64,000 nucleotides of DNA from positions 39 to 64,038 of the forward strand of contig CAZOCL010000004.1 of assembly GCA_964578245.1 (NCBI GenBank). Reading direction: 5' to 3'. Position numbers and translations under genes: made by a program. Of the stretch, positions 55,786 to 63,941 are shown piece by piece (the first letter of the stretch is position 1; each line of letters starts with the position of its first letter). The stretch comes from an uncultured Klebsiella sp. GTDB lineage: Bacteria > Verrucomicrobiota > Verrucomicrobiia > Limisphaerales > SXTU01. Below the pieces are notes generated by a model that searched no databases, was not told the DNA's origin, and saw only the letters and a program-made list of their open reading frames with translations.

Positions 55786-56655
55786 ATGAGCAAGCAACTG
55801 CGCCTCCTGCCCGCTCCCAAGCCCCTGATGGAACGGCTCGGCCTCGAATTCTTCCAAGCCGTTCCTCGGGTGCCGGGCGTTTATCGCATGCTTGATGAGG
55901 CGGGCCTGCTGCTCTACGTCGGCCAGTCCGGCAACCTGCATGACCGGCTCAACAGTTACCGGCACGTCCATCCGGACCGCGACTCCCGCAAGACCGTGCG
56001 GCTCGTGCATCTGGTGCGGCGCATCGAGTGGGAGGTGCACCCCACGCCTGCGGCCGCAGTGCTGCGGGAGAACGAGCTGCTGCGGACACTGCGGCCCCGG
56101 TTCAACCGCATGAATGTTTATCCGCGCGCGTGCTGCTTCATCGCGCTGGCCCAGGACGCGGAACTGGTGCGGCTGACCCTCACGCGGGAGGCGGAACGTG
56201 AGGGGAAGACCTTCGGTGCGTTCACCGGTGCCGCTGGTCCTTTCGCCTCGTTGTGCCGCCTGCTTTTCCTCGCTGCTGCACCCGACCTCAGCCTGCACCA
56301 GTTTCCCTCGCGCCTGCTGACGTCGCGCCCGCTCCGCTCCCAGGAATTGAAGCTGAACGCCGCTGCCGGTCGGCAGTTGGAGAACTACCTCGCAGGCGAA
56401 TCCATGCTGTTGGTGGAGCAGCTCACCGACATCTGCGCGCGCGTGGCGATGCGCACTCCCTTCGAGCAGAATCTGATGCTCGCGGACCTCGTAGAACTGG
56501 AGAAGTTCTACGCGCGCGGCCCGGTGAAGGTGCGTCGCCTCCGGCACCGGGCCAGCGTCGTCACGCCCTGGGTCGAACCCGAACTGCTGGTGGATTTCCT
56601 CGCCACCGACCGACTGGCAAGCGCAGCCAGCGGCCCGCTGCTGGTCGAGGTCTGA
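55786..56655 (+). CDS. GIY-YIG nuclease domain protein, UvrC-N-half / Cho-like
   Basis: VPGVYRMLDEAGLLLYVGQSGNLHDRLNSYRH...IEWEVHPTPAAAVLRENELLRTLRPRFNR. At 289 aa it is similar in size to Cho. Confidence 0.55.
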   Translation: MSKQLRLLPAPKPLMERLGLEFFQAVPRVPGVYRMLDEAGLLLYVGQSGNLHDRLNSYRHVHPDRDSRKTVRLVHLVRRIEWEVHPTPAAAVLRENELLRTLRPRFNRMNVYPRACCFIALAQDAELVRLTLTREAEREGKTFGAFTGAAGPFASLCRLLFLAAAPDLSLHQFPSRLLTSRPLRSQELKLNAAAGRQLENYLAGESMLLVEQLTDICARVAMRTPFEQNLMLADLVELEKFYARGPVKVRRLRHRASVVTPWVEPELLVDFLATDRLASAASGPLLVEV

Positions 56656-56658
56656 GCC

Positions 56659-57957
56659 TTACTCCGCCGTGATCTTGAGCGTGTGCGTGACCGGCACGAA
56701 GGAGGTCTTGATCGCATTCGCCAGCGGCGTGCGGAACTTCTCGGTGAGTGCGATGATCGTCTCGGGCTCGGTGCGGAATTCCGGTCCGTGGAACATGTTC
56801 TTGATCTGGTGCGTTTCGTAGTTCTGCTTCGCGGCCACCGCCCCGTCCACCTTGCCGAAGGCTTCGGAGAAGGGGTTTACGAAGAAGTCGTCCGCCAGGT
56901 TCACGCCCTTGGCGAGCTGCTCGGCAGAATAACTCTTCGCGGTCGTGCCCCATGTTACTTTGTAGCTGGCGGCGGAGCCGTTCTTCACGATGAGCGTGAG
57001 GCGGTTCAGCTCCTGGTTGAACGGCACAAGCGACATGCCGGAGCGGATCGAGCCGTCGTTCTTCACGTCACCCACGGCGCAGAACGGGTAGCGGCTGCTC
57101 TTGAGCTTCACTTCGCCATCCTTTGTGGAAAGCACTTCATGGCCCTTGGTGGCCGTCGCCTTGTCCGCCTTCAAGTCCACCGTGAACGCGCCGAGGTCGC
57201 CGTCCAGACCGAACGCCTTCAGGAACGCATAGGCCATCACCAGATGTCCCGCGCCGCCGGGATGCACGCGGTCGCCGCCGGAGATGGCATACGTCGGAGC
57301 GTAACGCTTCTGCCCTTCGGCACCCGCCGTGAGCATGGGCCAGAACACATCCGCGAACCCGACGTTCTCCTTCGCCGCGATGTCCATGCCGATGTGGCGC
57401 AGCTCGCACAGGCTCAGGTTCTTCGCCTCCGCATTCGCGTCACCGGTCCAGCCGACCGAGCCGGGCGAGCCCTGGATCACGCGCACGCCGTGCGACTTGA
57501 AGGACTGCACAATGGCGGTCGAGGCCTTGCGATACCGTTCGCCAACGTCCGGCGTGAAGGCACGATAGCCGTGGTCGTTCATGCCATAGCAGGTCGTGGC
57601 GATGGTGGGCTTGAAGGTCAGGCAGTCGTTCGTCATGCGGCTCAGGAAGCCCGGCGCGGTCTCGCCGCCCCAGCCGTATTGGCGTGCGGTGATCTCCAGC
57701 TCCGGCACGCAGACCGTGAGGTAGGTCTCCATGATGCGGGAATACTGCTTCTGCTCCGTGATCGAGTCGCCGATGATGGCGAGCCGGTCACCCTGCTTGA
57801 GCACGAGCCCGGCGGGCTGCGGGGCCTTGCGCGGCTGGAACTTTTCAAAGCGCGGTTCGTTTGGCTTGGTTTCCAGTTCCGCCGCGCTCATCAAGGCGGC
57901 GGCGGCAAACAGGACAAACGTGGCGACGACCAGGGGCTTCACGGGTGGAAAATGCAT
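56659..57957 (-). CDS. secreted SGNH/GDSL hydrolase with C-terminal beta-rich domain
   Basis: Start is at MHFPPVKPLVVATFVLFAAAALMSA (ATG 57957); the track ORF runs to 58809 through repeat DNA. LAIIGDSITEQ (block I), GWGGE, GMNDHG, GGDRVHPG. Confidence 0.75.
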   Translation of the reverse strand: MHFPPVKPLVVATFVLFAAAALMSAAELETKPNEPRFEKFQPRKAPQPAGLVLKQGDRLAIIGDSITEQKQYSRIMETYLTVCVPELEITARQYGWGGETAPGFLSRMTNDCLTFKPTIATTCYGMNDHGYRAFTPDVGERYRKASTAIVQSFKSHGVRVIQGSPGSVGWTGDANAEAKNLSLCELRHIGMDIAAKENVGFADVFWPMLTAGAEGQKRYAPTYAISGGDRVHPGGAGHLVMAYAFLKAFGLDGDLGAFTVDLKADKATATKGHEVLSTKDGEVKLKSSRYPFCAVGDVKNDGSIRSGMSLVPFNQELNRLTLIVKNGSAASYKVTWGTTAKSYSAEQLAKGVNLADDFFVNPFSEAFGKVDGAVAAKQNYETHQIKNMFHGPEFRTEPETIIALTEKFRTPLANAIKTSFVPVTHTLKITAE

Positions 57958-58188
57958 GGCGCGAATGTCCGGCGGAAGCGCACCGCGAGTCAAGCAGCCG
58001 CTCGTCACAGCGGAGCGCGGGCGTCCCGCTTTGCGCGCACCGCCACTGCGACGGTGAGAACGTTTTGGTGCTCCGAACTCCGATATCTTGCCCGCTAAAC
58101 CCGCGAAATGACGCGAAACAAGGCAGGGAGAAGCCCCGGCTCTAATCAATGTTGCGGGCGTTTGCATCTCTACAGTAATGGGTGGCCG

Positions 58189-58325
58189 CTCTCCCTCGCC
58201 CCTGCCCTCTCCCGCTAGGAGAGGGAGAATCTTCGCGCCGTCCTGTGCAAAGGCCGCGTCCCTTTGCCAATCCACGGGACTGCGTCGCCCCCTCACCCAG
58301 CGGGAGAGGGCGGGGTGAGGGAGAG
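58189..58325. repeat. ~137-bp composite element bounded by ~25-bp imperfect inverted repeats (CTCTCCCTCGCCCCTGCCCTCTCCC ... GGGAGAGGGCGGGGTGAGGGAGAG)
   Basis: Seen directly. Left arm 58189-58213, right arm 58302-58325; 23 positions match, with 1 mismatch and 1 indel. Each end also folds locally: CCCTCTCCC/GGAGAGGG and CCCTCACCC/GGGTGAGGG. Confidence 0.8.
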
Positions 58326-58522
58326 TGGCTGCGAAGCACAGGAATGTGACTCCATGTCCTGGCTTTCGTAGGCCAGCCATTTCTACTCGCACCTTCCGAC
58401 CCGCTTGCTTTCCCTTTCGCGTGTTTCGCGGGCTCTCCCCGGCGTTGACGCCCGGCCTTCCTCTGGCCAAGACTTCCCGCGTGAACCCAGTTCCGCTGAC
58501 ACCAGTCTCTTCATCCCTCGCC

Positions 58523-59638
58523 ATGAGATCCGCCCTCCTCCTCGCGTTCGTCCTCGCCACCACCGCCGTCGCCCAGCAGCCCGCTCCCAAACCCGCGCCG
58601 CCCAAGGCGGGCGGCATCCCTGCCGACACCGCGTGGCACGACGTGACCAAGTGGGGCGTCGAAGGCCGGGGCTGGGGTGACCAGGAGCGCAAGCGGTGGT
58701 TCGACCGCCTGCCCGCCAAGGCCGACGGCAAGGTCACGCCCACCGTCTGGGGCCTGAGCCGCGACAGCGCCGGGATGATGGTCCGCTTCAAGACCGACGC
58801 GAAGGCCATCTACACCCGCTACACACTCTCCAAGACCAATATCGCCATGCCGCACATGCCTGCCACCGGCGTCAGCGGCCTGGATCTCTACGCCCGCAAC
58901 GACAAGGGTGAGTGGAAGTGGGTGCAAGTCACGCGGCCCAGCTCGGCGAAGGTCGAGGCCATGATCATCAGCGACCTCGCGCCCGGCCTGCGCGAATACG
59001 CCGCCTATCTCCCGCTCTACAACGGCATCGAGTCCCTGGAGATCGGGGTGCCGGCCGGAGCGATGTTCGAGGGCCTCGCGCCACGCACGGAGAAGCCGAT
59101 CATCTTCTACGGCACCTCCATTACCCACGGTGCCTGCGCCTCGCGGCCCGGCATGGTGCACACGGCAATCCTCGGCCGCCGCTTCGACCGGCCCGTGATG
59201 AACCTGGGCTTCTCCGGCAACGGCCGCATGGACGCCGCCGTGGGCGAGCTGCTCACCGAGGTTGACGCCGCCGCCTATGTGATCGACTGCCTGCCGAACA
59301 TGGGACCGGCCGACGTCACGGCCAAGTGCATCCCGCTGGTGAAGCAGCTCCGGGCCGCCCGCCCGAACACGCCGATCATCCTCGTCGAGGACCGCCGCTA
59401 CACCAACGACTGGATCACACCCGGCAAGAAGAAGTTCCACGACGACAACCACGCCGCGCTGAAGGCCGCCTATGAGCAGCTCCAGAAGGAAGGCGTCACC
59501 AAGCTCTCCTATATCGGCGGCGACCACCTTTACGGCGACGACACCGAGGGTGCGACCGATGCCTCCCACGCCAACGACCTGGGCTTCATGCGCCAGGCGG
59601 ACATCTTCGAGCCCATCCTCCGCGCCGCGCTGAAGTGA
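58523..59638 (+). CDS. secreted SGNH esterase with GxDLY-type N-terminal domain (CE2-like architecture)
   Basis: ATG 58523 (MRSALLLAFVLATTAVAQ signal) is codon 67 of the track ORF. GVSGLDLY motif, IIFYGTSITHG (block I), GFSGNG, DASHANDLG (DxxH). Confidence 0.75.
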   Translation: MRSALLLAFVLATTAVAQQPAPKPAPPKAGGIPADTAWHDVTKWGVEGRGWGDQERKRWFDRLPAKADGKVTPTVWGLSRDSAGMMVRFKTDAKAIYTRYTLSKTNIAMPHMPATGVSGLDLYARNDKGEWKWVQVTRPSSAKVEAMIISDLAPGLREYAAYLPLYNGIESLEIGVPAGAMFEGLAPRTEKPIIFYGTSITHGACASRPGMVHTAILGRRFDRPVMNLGFSGNGRMDAAVGELLTEVDAAAYVIDCLPNMGPADVTAKCIPLVKQLRAARPNTPIILVEDRRYTNDWITPGKKKFHDDNHAALKAAYEQLQKEGVTKLSYIGGDHLYGDDTEGATDASHANDLGFMRQADIFEPILRAALK

Positions 59639-59736
59639 GCCGGCGGAGCGCGGACGCGACTCAGCTTCTTGAATCCCGCGGTTCCACCCCGGAGTTTTTT
59701 CGGTTCGTGGTAGCTCGAGCCATTGGAAGTCGCGCC

Positions 59737-59859
59737 AGCGTCTGGAGTGCGGTGTCTTTCAGCACCGCTTTTCCCCGTGCGTGGGACGTCGGCCAACTCG
59801 CCACCCGCACCGTGCGCCCAACCGAAAGCGGCGGTGAAACACGCCGCACTCCAGACGCT
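59737..59859. repeat. ~123-bp hairpin element with AGCGTCTGGAGTGCGG terminal inverted repeats (family A, copy 2)
   Basis: Arms 59737-59755 and 59841-59859 (16 bp perfect, then 1 mismatch, then 2 bp). It shares GCGTCT(T)GGA(C/G)TGCGG termini, the CCGCTTTTCC motif after the left arm and the AAAGCG motif before the right arm with 52984-53129. Confidence 0.8.
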
Positions 59860-60095
59860 CCGCGCCGCTGGAGGCGGTGGCCATCACGTCCGTCTCCGGC
59901 GTGCGCGAAGCCACGGTTCCTTGCCACAGCAGGCCATAAGACCGTTGCAGCAGCTTTCCTCGGCCTCACTCTCAAACCGGGATGAAGCCCGGTGCTGATG
60001 AGATTACAAGAAGCTGGGACAGCGCCGAACCCCGCCCGCCACCAAGCGTGCGCTTGCAATTTCCCGGTTGCTCCGAAAAGCTCCGCCCGACTTCT

Positions 60096-60818
60096 ATGCG
60101 CCAAAACCGGCTCGGATTCCTCTTCGTCCCGTTGCTCGCCTTTGTGCTGGCGGGTTGTGCTTCTTCCGAGGTCCGCCAGGGCGGCGTCCGCTCACCCATG
60201 GGCGGAGTGGGCCGGGCCTTCCTGGCTCCGATTCACAACGCCACCCCCGACGAAACCGCCGGCCGGGCCGTCACGGAACTGGCCGCCACCACCTTGCTGG
60301 CCCACGGCGTCCCGCTCGCGCAGACGGAGGACGGCCTGAACCGCAGCCGGGCGCTCCTTGAGGAGGGCAAGGCCGCGCAGATCATCGAGCTGGCCCGCTC
60401 CCTGCAATGCACGCACGTCCTGCTCGGCACCGTCACGGAGTATCGCTACAAGAGCGACCTCGACGGCTCGCCCATCGTCAGCATCACCATGCGCCTCGTG
60501 GACGCGGCGGATGGCGCGACGGTCTGGCAAGGCACGAGCACCAAGATGACCCAATACTTCGGCAGCCTCAGCCGCACGGCCCAGGCCGCGATGGAGAACC
60601 TCGTCGAACAAATGGCCGGCAAGGCCCCCGCGACCGCCCGCAGCCGGGGCCGCACCCGCCTGCTCCCCATGCCCGGCGCGGCCACTCCCACCGACCCGGC
60701 GGTAGAAGCCGCCGTGCTGGCCGCGCCCCCCGGCTCCTCCCACATCCCCGCCGCCGCCGTCCGGCGCGGCAAGTTTGAGCCCGATGTGGAGCAAATCCGC
60801 CGCCGCGGCGACCAATGA
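60096..60818 (+). CDS. pelC: PelC-like outer-membrane lipoprotein with Ala/Pro-rich C-terminal extension
   Basis: ATG 60096 is codon 39 of the track ORF. Lipobox LAFVLAGCAS. The core reads APIHNATPDETAGRAVTELAATTLL...HVLLGTVTEYRYK...VSITMRLVDAADGATVWQG. PelD/E/F-like genes follow. Confidence 0.6.
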   Translation: MRQNRLGFLFVPLLAFVLAGCASSEVRQGGVRSPMGGVGRAFLAPIHNATPDETAGRAVTELAATTLLAHGVPLAQTEDGLNRSRALLEEGKAAQIIELARSLQCTHVLLGTVTEYRYKSDLDGSPIVSITMRLVDAADGATVWQGTSTKMTQYFGSLSRTAQAAMENLVEQMAGKAPATARSRGRTRLLPMPGAATPTDPAVEAAVLAAPPGSSHIPAAAVRRGKFEPDVEQIRRRGDQ

Positions 60819-60825
60819 TTTTAGC

Positions 60826-60962
60826 GAAGCTCCAAATCCCAAGCCCCAAACTCCAAATAAACTCCAAATTCCAAACTCCAGAACCTGCTTCCGTAGGCGG
60901 AGGGCGATTAGGACATGGTTATTGGGATTGGTTTGAAGCCGGGAGCTTGGAGCTTGGAGTTT
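60826..60962. repeat. ~137-bp CTCCAAA-rich hairpin element (family B, copy 1)
   Basis: The left arm holds GAAGCTCCAAATCCCAAGC... and repeated (A/C)TCCAAA units. The right arm (60918-60962) holds complementary TTGGAG/TTGGGA units. AACTCCAAATTCCAAACTCC pairs with GGAGCTTGGAGCTTGGAGTT at 17 of 20 positions by Watson-Crick, plus 1 G:U. Confidence 0.8.
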
Positions 60963-60975
60963 CGGTCGCGTCTAG

Positions 60976-62445
60976 ATGGATTTCCTGAACAAACTCGCGC
61001 CCAAGCATGGCTGGATGGACCTCGTGGTCCTCACCGGCCTGCTGCTGGTCGTGAACGGCGTCTTCGCCTCGCACGACATTGGCTGGACGCATCTGCATCC
61101 TTCGCCGTGGATCTTGCTGCCCATCCTCATGGGCTGTCGCTATGGGTTTGCCTCGGGCATGGCGGGGGCAGGGGTCGCAATCCTGGTGGTGATGTTCGGC
61201 TTCTTCCATCAAGCGGAGGTCTTTAAGGTCAATACTCCGGCACAGGCGCGTGCCGCCTTTGAGAAGCGCATGAACCAGGTTGCCATCGTGGTCCTGGACG
61301 GCCGCCCGCCGAAGGACCCGGCCCGGCCGCAGACGCAGCAACTGGACGTGTTGCTGGCGGCGCTGGTGAGCCACCACGGGTATCTCTTTGCTGCCATGCT
61401 CGCGGCTGGCGGCATCTGCGGCCAGATCCAGCGCGGCTTCAAGTCCCGTGAGATTCTCGTCTCCGCCCAGGCTGAGCGCGCAGCGGAACGGCTCAAGAAG
61501 CTCGACACCGACATTTTTCTGCTGCGCGAGGCCAAGTCCGAGCTGGAACGCCTCCTCGCCACCCGGGACGCCGAGCTGTCCACGCTGGATGCCGAGATCC
61601 GCCGTCTCTTCGAGAGCGAGGGCGACGAGTTGTGGCAGGACATCCTCCTGCTGCTCAACCGTCAGGCCCGCGTGAGTGATGCGGCGATCTACACCCTCGC
61701 CGACCACGGCCAGGTCCTGGTGCGCAAAGGCCTGCTCGGCAGTGCGCGTTCGCTCGGCGGGCGGCTCGCGGTGAAGGACATCGAGATGGTCGGCCTCGCA
61801 CTCAAGAGCAAGTCCACCGTGACTATCCCGGAGTTCTGGCAGCGGGCCATCGGCGAGCAGCGTGATTACCTGATGGTCGTGCCATTGCTCGACTCGCGGG
61901 ACCAGCCGCTGGCCGTGCTGGTGGTCACGGGCATGCCGTTCATCTCGCTCACCAAGAAGTCCGTTTATCTCATCGCGCTCATCTGCCGGTGGGCCTCGCG
62001 CGTGGCGGAGGTCGAGGCGCAGGCGGACACCACGAGCCGGGCGGTCGCCGGGGTCGAGGGCCAGCGGGTGTTCACCGAGCAGTTCTTCAAGCAAAACGTC
62101 CAGCTCGCGTTCGACTCCTGCCAGCAGCACAGCCTGCCCTCGGCCGTCGTGCTCTTTGCTGTGACCCGCCAGCCCAAGTCCAAGCAGGCGCAGGTCGAGG
62201 CGCTCATCATGGCAAACATCCGGGGCGGGGATTTTCCGGCCGAGATCGGCCTGCCCATCCCGCACCTGGCCGTGCTGCTCCCGCTCTGCGGCGAGCGCGG
62301 CGTGGGCATCTTCGCCGACCGCATCCTCGCCGCCTGCCGCAAGGACCCCGAACTCGGCGCGCACCTCAAGGCGCACGTGGTCAATCTCGACACCGTGACC
62401 AGCATGGACCAGCTCTGGGCCGACTTGACCCGTCATGTGGCGTGA
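60976..62445 (+). CDS. pelD: PelD-like inner-membrane c-di-GMP receptor (TM - coiled coil - GAF - degenerate GGDEF)
   Basis: 489 aa. N-terminal TM helices, then a coiled segment (ERLKKLDTDIFLLREAKSELERLLATRDAELSTLDAEIRRL) and a GAF-like region (ARVSDAAIYTL...LMVVPLLD). The GGDEF-fold tail has IRGGD (RxxD), and GLPIPH replaces GGDEF. Confidence 0.65.
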   Translation: MDFLNKLAPKHGWMDLVVLTGLLLVVNGVFASHDIGWTHLHPSPWILLPILMGCRYGFASGMAGAGVAILVVMFGFFHQAEVFKVNTPAQARAAFEKRMNQVAIVVLDGRPPKDPARPQTQQLDVLLAALVSHHGYLFAAMLAAGGICGQIQRGFKSREILVSAQAERAAERLKKLDTDIFLLREAKSELERLLATRDAELSTLDAEIRRLFESEGDELWQDILLLLNRQARVSDAAIYTLADHGQVLVRKGLLGSARSLGGRLAVKDIEMVGLALKSKSTVTIPEFWQRAIGEQRDYLMVVPLLDSRDQPLAVLVVTGMPFISLTKKSVYLIALICRWASRVAEVEAQADTTSRAVAGVEGQRVFTEQFFKQNVQLAFDSCQQHSLPSAVVLFAVTRQPKSKQAQVEALIMANIRGGDFPAEIGLPIPHLAVLLPLCGERGVGIFADRILAACRKDPELGAHLKAHVVNLDTVTSMDQLWADLTRHVA

Positions 62446-62466
62446 ATGGAACCAACTTCAGTCGCC

Positions 62467-62611
62467 GGTAGGGCGAGACTCCGTCGAGCTCCATTTGCCG
62501 ACGCTGGAGGCGCGAGCGAAGCGAGCATCTTGGGCTGGGTATGCAGCCGAGAAGCTCGCTCCGCTCGCCTCGCTCCGCTCGGAATGGGGCTCGACAGAGT
62601 CTCGCCCTACC
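62467..62611. repeat. ~145-bp nested-hairpin element with 23-bp terminal inverted repeats GGTAGGGCGAGACTC(C/T)GTCGAGC (family C)
   Basis: Arms 62467-62489 and 62589-62611, with 22 of 23 complementary. An inner repeat GCGAGCGAAGCGAGC/GCTCGCTCCGCTCGC has 1 mismatch. Confidence 0.85.
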
Positions 62612-62622
62612 GGGCGGGAAGT

Positions 62623-62682
62623 GTTGCGGGTTGCGGGTTGCGTGATTCGTCCGTCCGCAACACGCAACCCGCAACCCGCAAC
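62623..62682. repeat. perfect 22-bp-stem hairpin built from GTTGCGG heptad repeats and their complement
   Basis: Left arm 62623-62644 (GTTGCGGGTTGCGGGTTGCGTG) is the exact reverse complement of 62661-62682. 16-nt loop. It ends 14 nt before the pelE-like ATG. Confidence 0.9.
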
Positions 62683-62696
62683 CCGCCGCACGCGCC

Positions 62697-63770
62697 ATGG
62701 CCATTAAGCGCAAACCCGCCCCGGTTCCCGCCGCGCCCGCGCCCGCCGCAGACGACAGCGACGCGCCCGCTTCGCGTCTGGTCAGTGTCGTCGCCTTGCC
62801 GTGTGCCATCATTGCGGTGGTTCTGGAATTCCTGTCCGCCCGCGCGTTGCTCTCGGAGTCTCCGTCTGCGTTCACCGTGCTGGGCTTTCATCTGCTCGCG
62901 CTGCTCGCGGGCGTGCCCGCGCTGCGGCTGCTGTTCCCGGAGGAATACCGGCGGTTGAAATGGACCTTCATCGCGCTGGTCGTCGGCTTCGCGCTGCCAC
63001 TGCCGGTGATCGGGCCGCTGTTCCTCGTCGGCTACCGGATGTTGCTCCTGATGCAGCCGGCGCGGAACGTCGAGAGCAAATACGTCCTCGGCACCACGCA
63101 GTATCTCACCCTCACCCGCCACGAGCTGGACGAGCACGAGGAGCCGCGCTCGATCACCGAGATCCTCAACGGCCGGGACTCCGTGGCCCGCCGCACCGCC
63201 ATCATCGCCTTGCGCGCGGTCGAGCCCAAGAAGGCGCTGCCGCTACTGCAAAAGGCGATCCAGGACAGTGACGAACAGGTGCGTCTGCTCGCCCAGACGC
63301 AGTTCAATCACATCATCGCCAGCCTCGAAGGCCGCGTGAAATCGCTCGAAGCCGACCTGGCCGCGCCGCCGCGCCACGTCAACAAGCTGCTTCTGCTCGC
63401 CGAGCAGTATCATGAGCTGGTGTATCTCGGCCTGGCCACGGACGAGACGCAGACCATCTACCTCGGTCGCGCGACTGAACTGCTGGAAGAAGCCGCGACC
63501 GCCGCGCCGGACAACACCTCCGTGCGTTTCCTGCTCGTGAAGTGCGCCCTCAAGGGTGGCCAGCTCGACAAGGCACGTGCCGGCCTCCAGTTCCTGCGCA
63601 AGAAAGGCTGGCAGGCCGAGGTGCTCGGTCCGTGGGAGGCGGAGATCGCCTTCCTTGAACGCGACTGGGCCGCCCTCGCCACCACCCTGCGCCGGCTCGA
63701 AGCCGAGGGCTCGACTGCGGGCGCGCTGCGCGGGCCGATGGAGTTCTGGCTCACACCGGCGAAAGGATAA
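62697..63770 (+). CDS. pelE: PelE-like inner-membrane protein (TM helices + helical-repeat/TPR-like cytoplasmic domain)
   Basis: 357 aa. Pro/Ala-rich N-terminus, hydrophobic segments (VVALPCAIIAVVLEFL, FTVLGFHLLALLAGV, FIALVVGFALPLPVIGPLFLVGY), then helical repeats (ALPLLQKAIQDSDEQVRLLA...). It sits between the PelD-like and PelF-like genes. Confidence 0.55.
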   Translation: MAIKRKPAPVPAAPAPAADDSDAPASRLVSVVALPCAIIAVVLEFLSARALLSESPSAFTVLGFHLLALLAGVPALRLLFPEEYRRLKWTFIALVVGFALPLPVIGPLFLVGYRMLLLMQPARNVESKYVLGTTQYLTLTRHELDEHEEPRSITEILNGRDSVARRTAIIALRAVEPKKALPLLQKAIQDSDEQVRLLAQTQFNHIIASLEGRVKSLEADLAAPPRHVNKLLLLAEQYHELVYLGLATDETQTIYLGRATELLEEAATAAPDNTSVRFLLVKCALKGGQLDKARAGLQFLRKKGWQAEVLGPWEAEIAFLERDWAALATTLRRLEAEGSTAGALRGPMEFWLTPAKG

Positions 63771-63778
63771 GGGAATGA

Positions 63779-63933
63779 GAAGCTCCAAATCCCAAGCGTC
63801 AAATTCCAAAGAAGCTCCAAGCTCCAAGTTCCAAACCGGCGCTGTTTGTCGGAAGCGGTCCGGCTGGACCGGCAGCCATTGGAATTTGGAATTTGAAACT
63901 TCTTTGGGATTTGGATTTTGGGATTTGGAATTT
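63779..63933. repeat. ~155-bp CTCCAAA-rich hairpin element (family B, copy 2)
   Basis: It begins with the same 19-mer GAAGCTCCAAATCCCAAGC as copy 1. The right arm (63877-63933) carries complementary TTTGGGATTTGGA units. Confidence 0.8.
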
Positions 63934-63941
63934 CCCCGCTG

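Noticed and set aside
57958-58809. N-terminal 283-codon extension of the SGNH hydrolase ORF (track ORF 56659-58809, 716 aa)
   Set aside because: The extension reads through the palindromic GEGRGEG-type repeat element and the divergent gene's upstream region. A canonical signal peptide begins at the internal ATG 57957.
59635-59985. 116-aa plus-strand ORF (and the 147-aa minus ORF 59661-60104) in the esterase-pelC gap
   Set aside because: Both are translations of repeat element A (copy 2) and flanking non-coding DNA. Composition is Arg/Ala/Pro-rich with no motifs.
59639-60095. Looked for a c-di-GMP riboswitch upstream of pelC (and an NAD+ riboswitch upstream of pnuC at 47361-47468)
   Set aside because: I could not recognise the conserved GEMM or pnuC-motif cores by eye. 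Only a covariance-model scan could settle this, so nothing is claimed.
60919-62436. 505-aa minus-strand ORF opposite pelD
   Set aside because: The plus-strand frame has TM helices, a coiled coil and GAF/GGDEF-like features and fits the pel gene order. The antisense frame has none.
62621-62690. Possible CRISPR-like or tandem-repeat array (GTTGCGG heptads)
   Set aside because: The repeat units are 7 nt with no spacers, and the two blocks are mutually complementary. This is a hairpin, not a CRISPR array. No cas genes are in the window.
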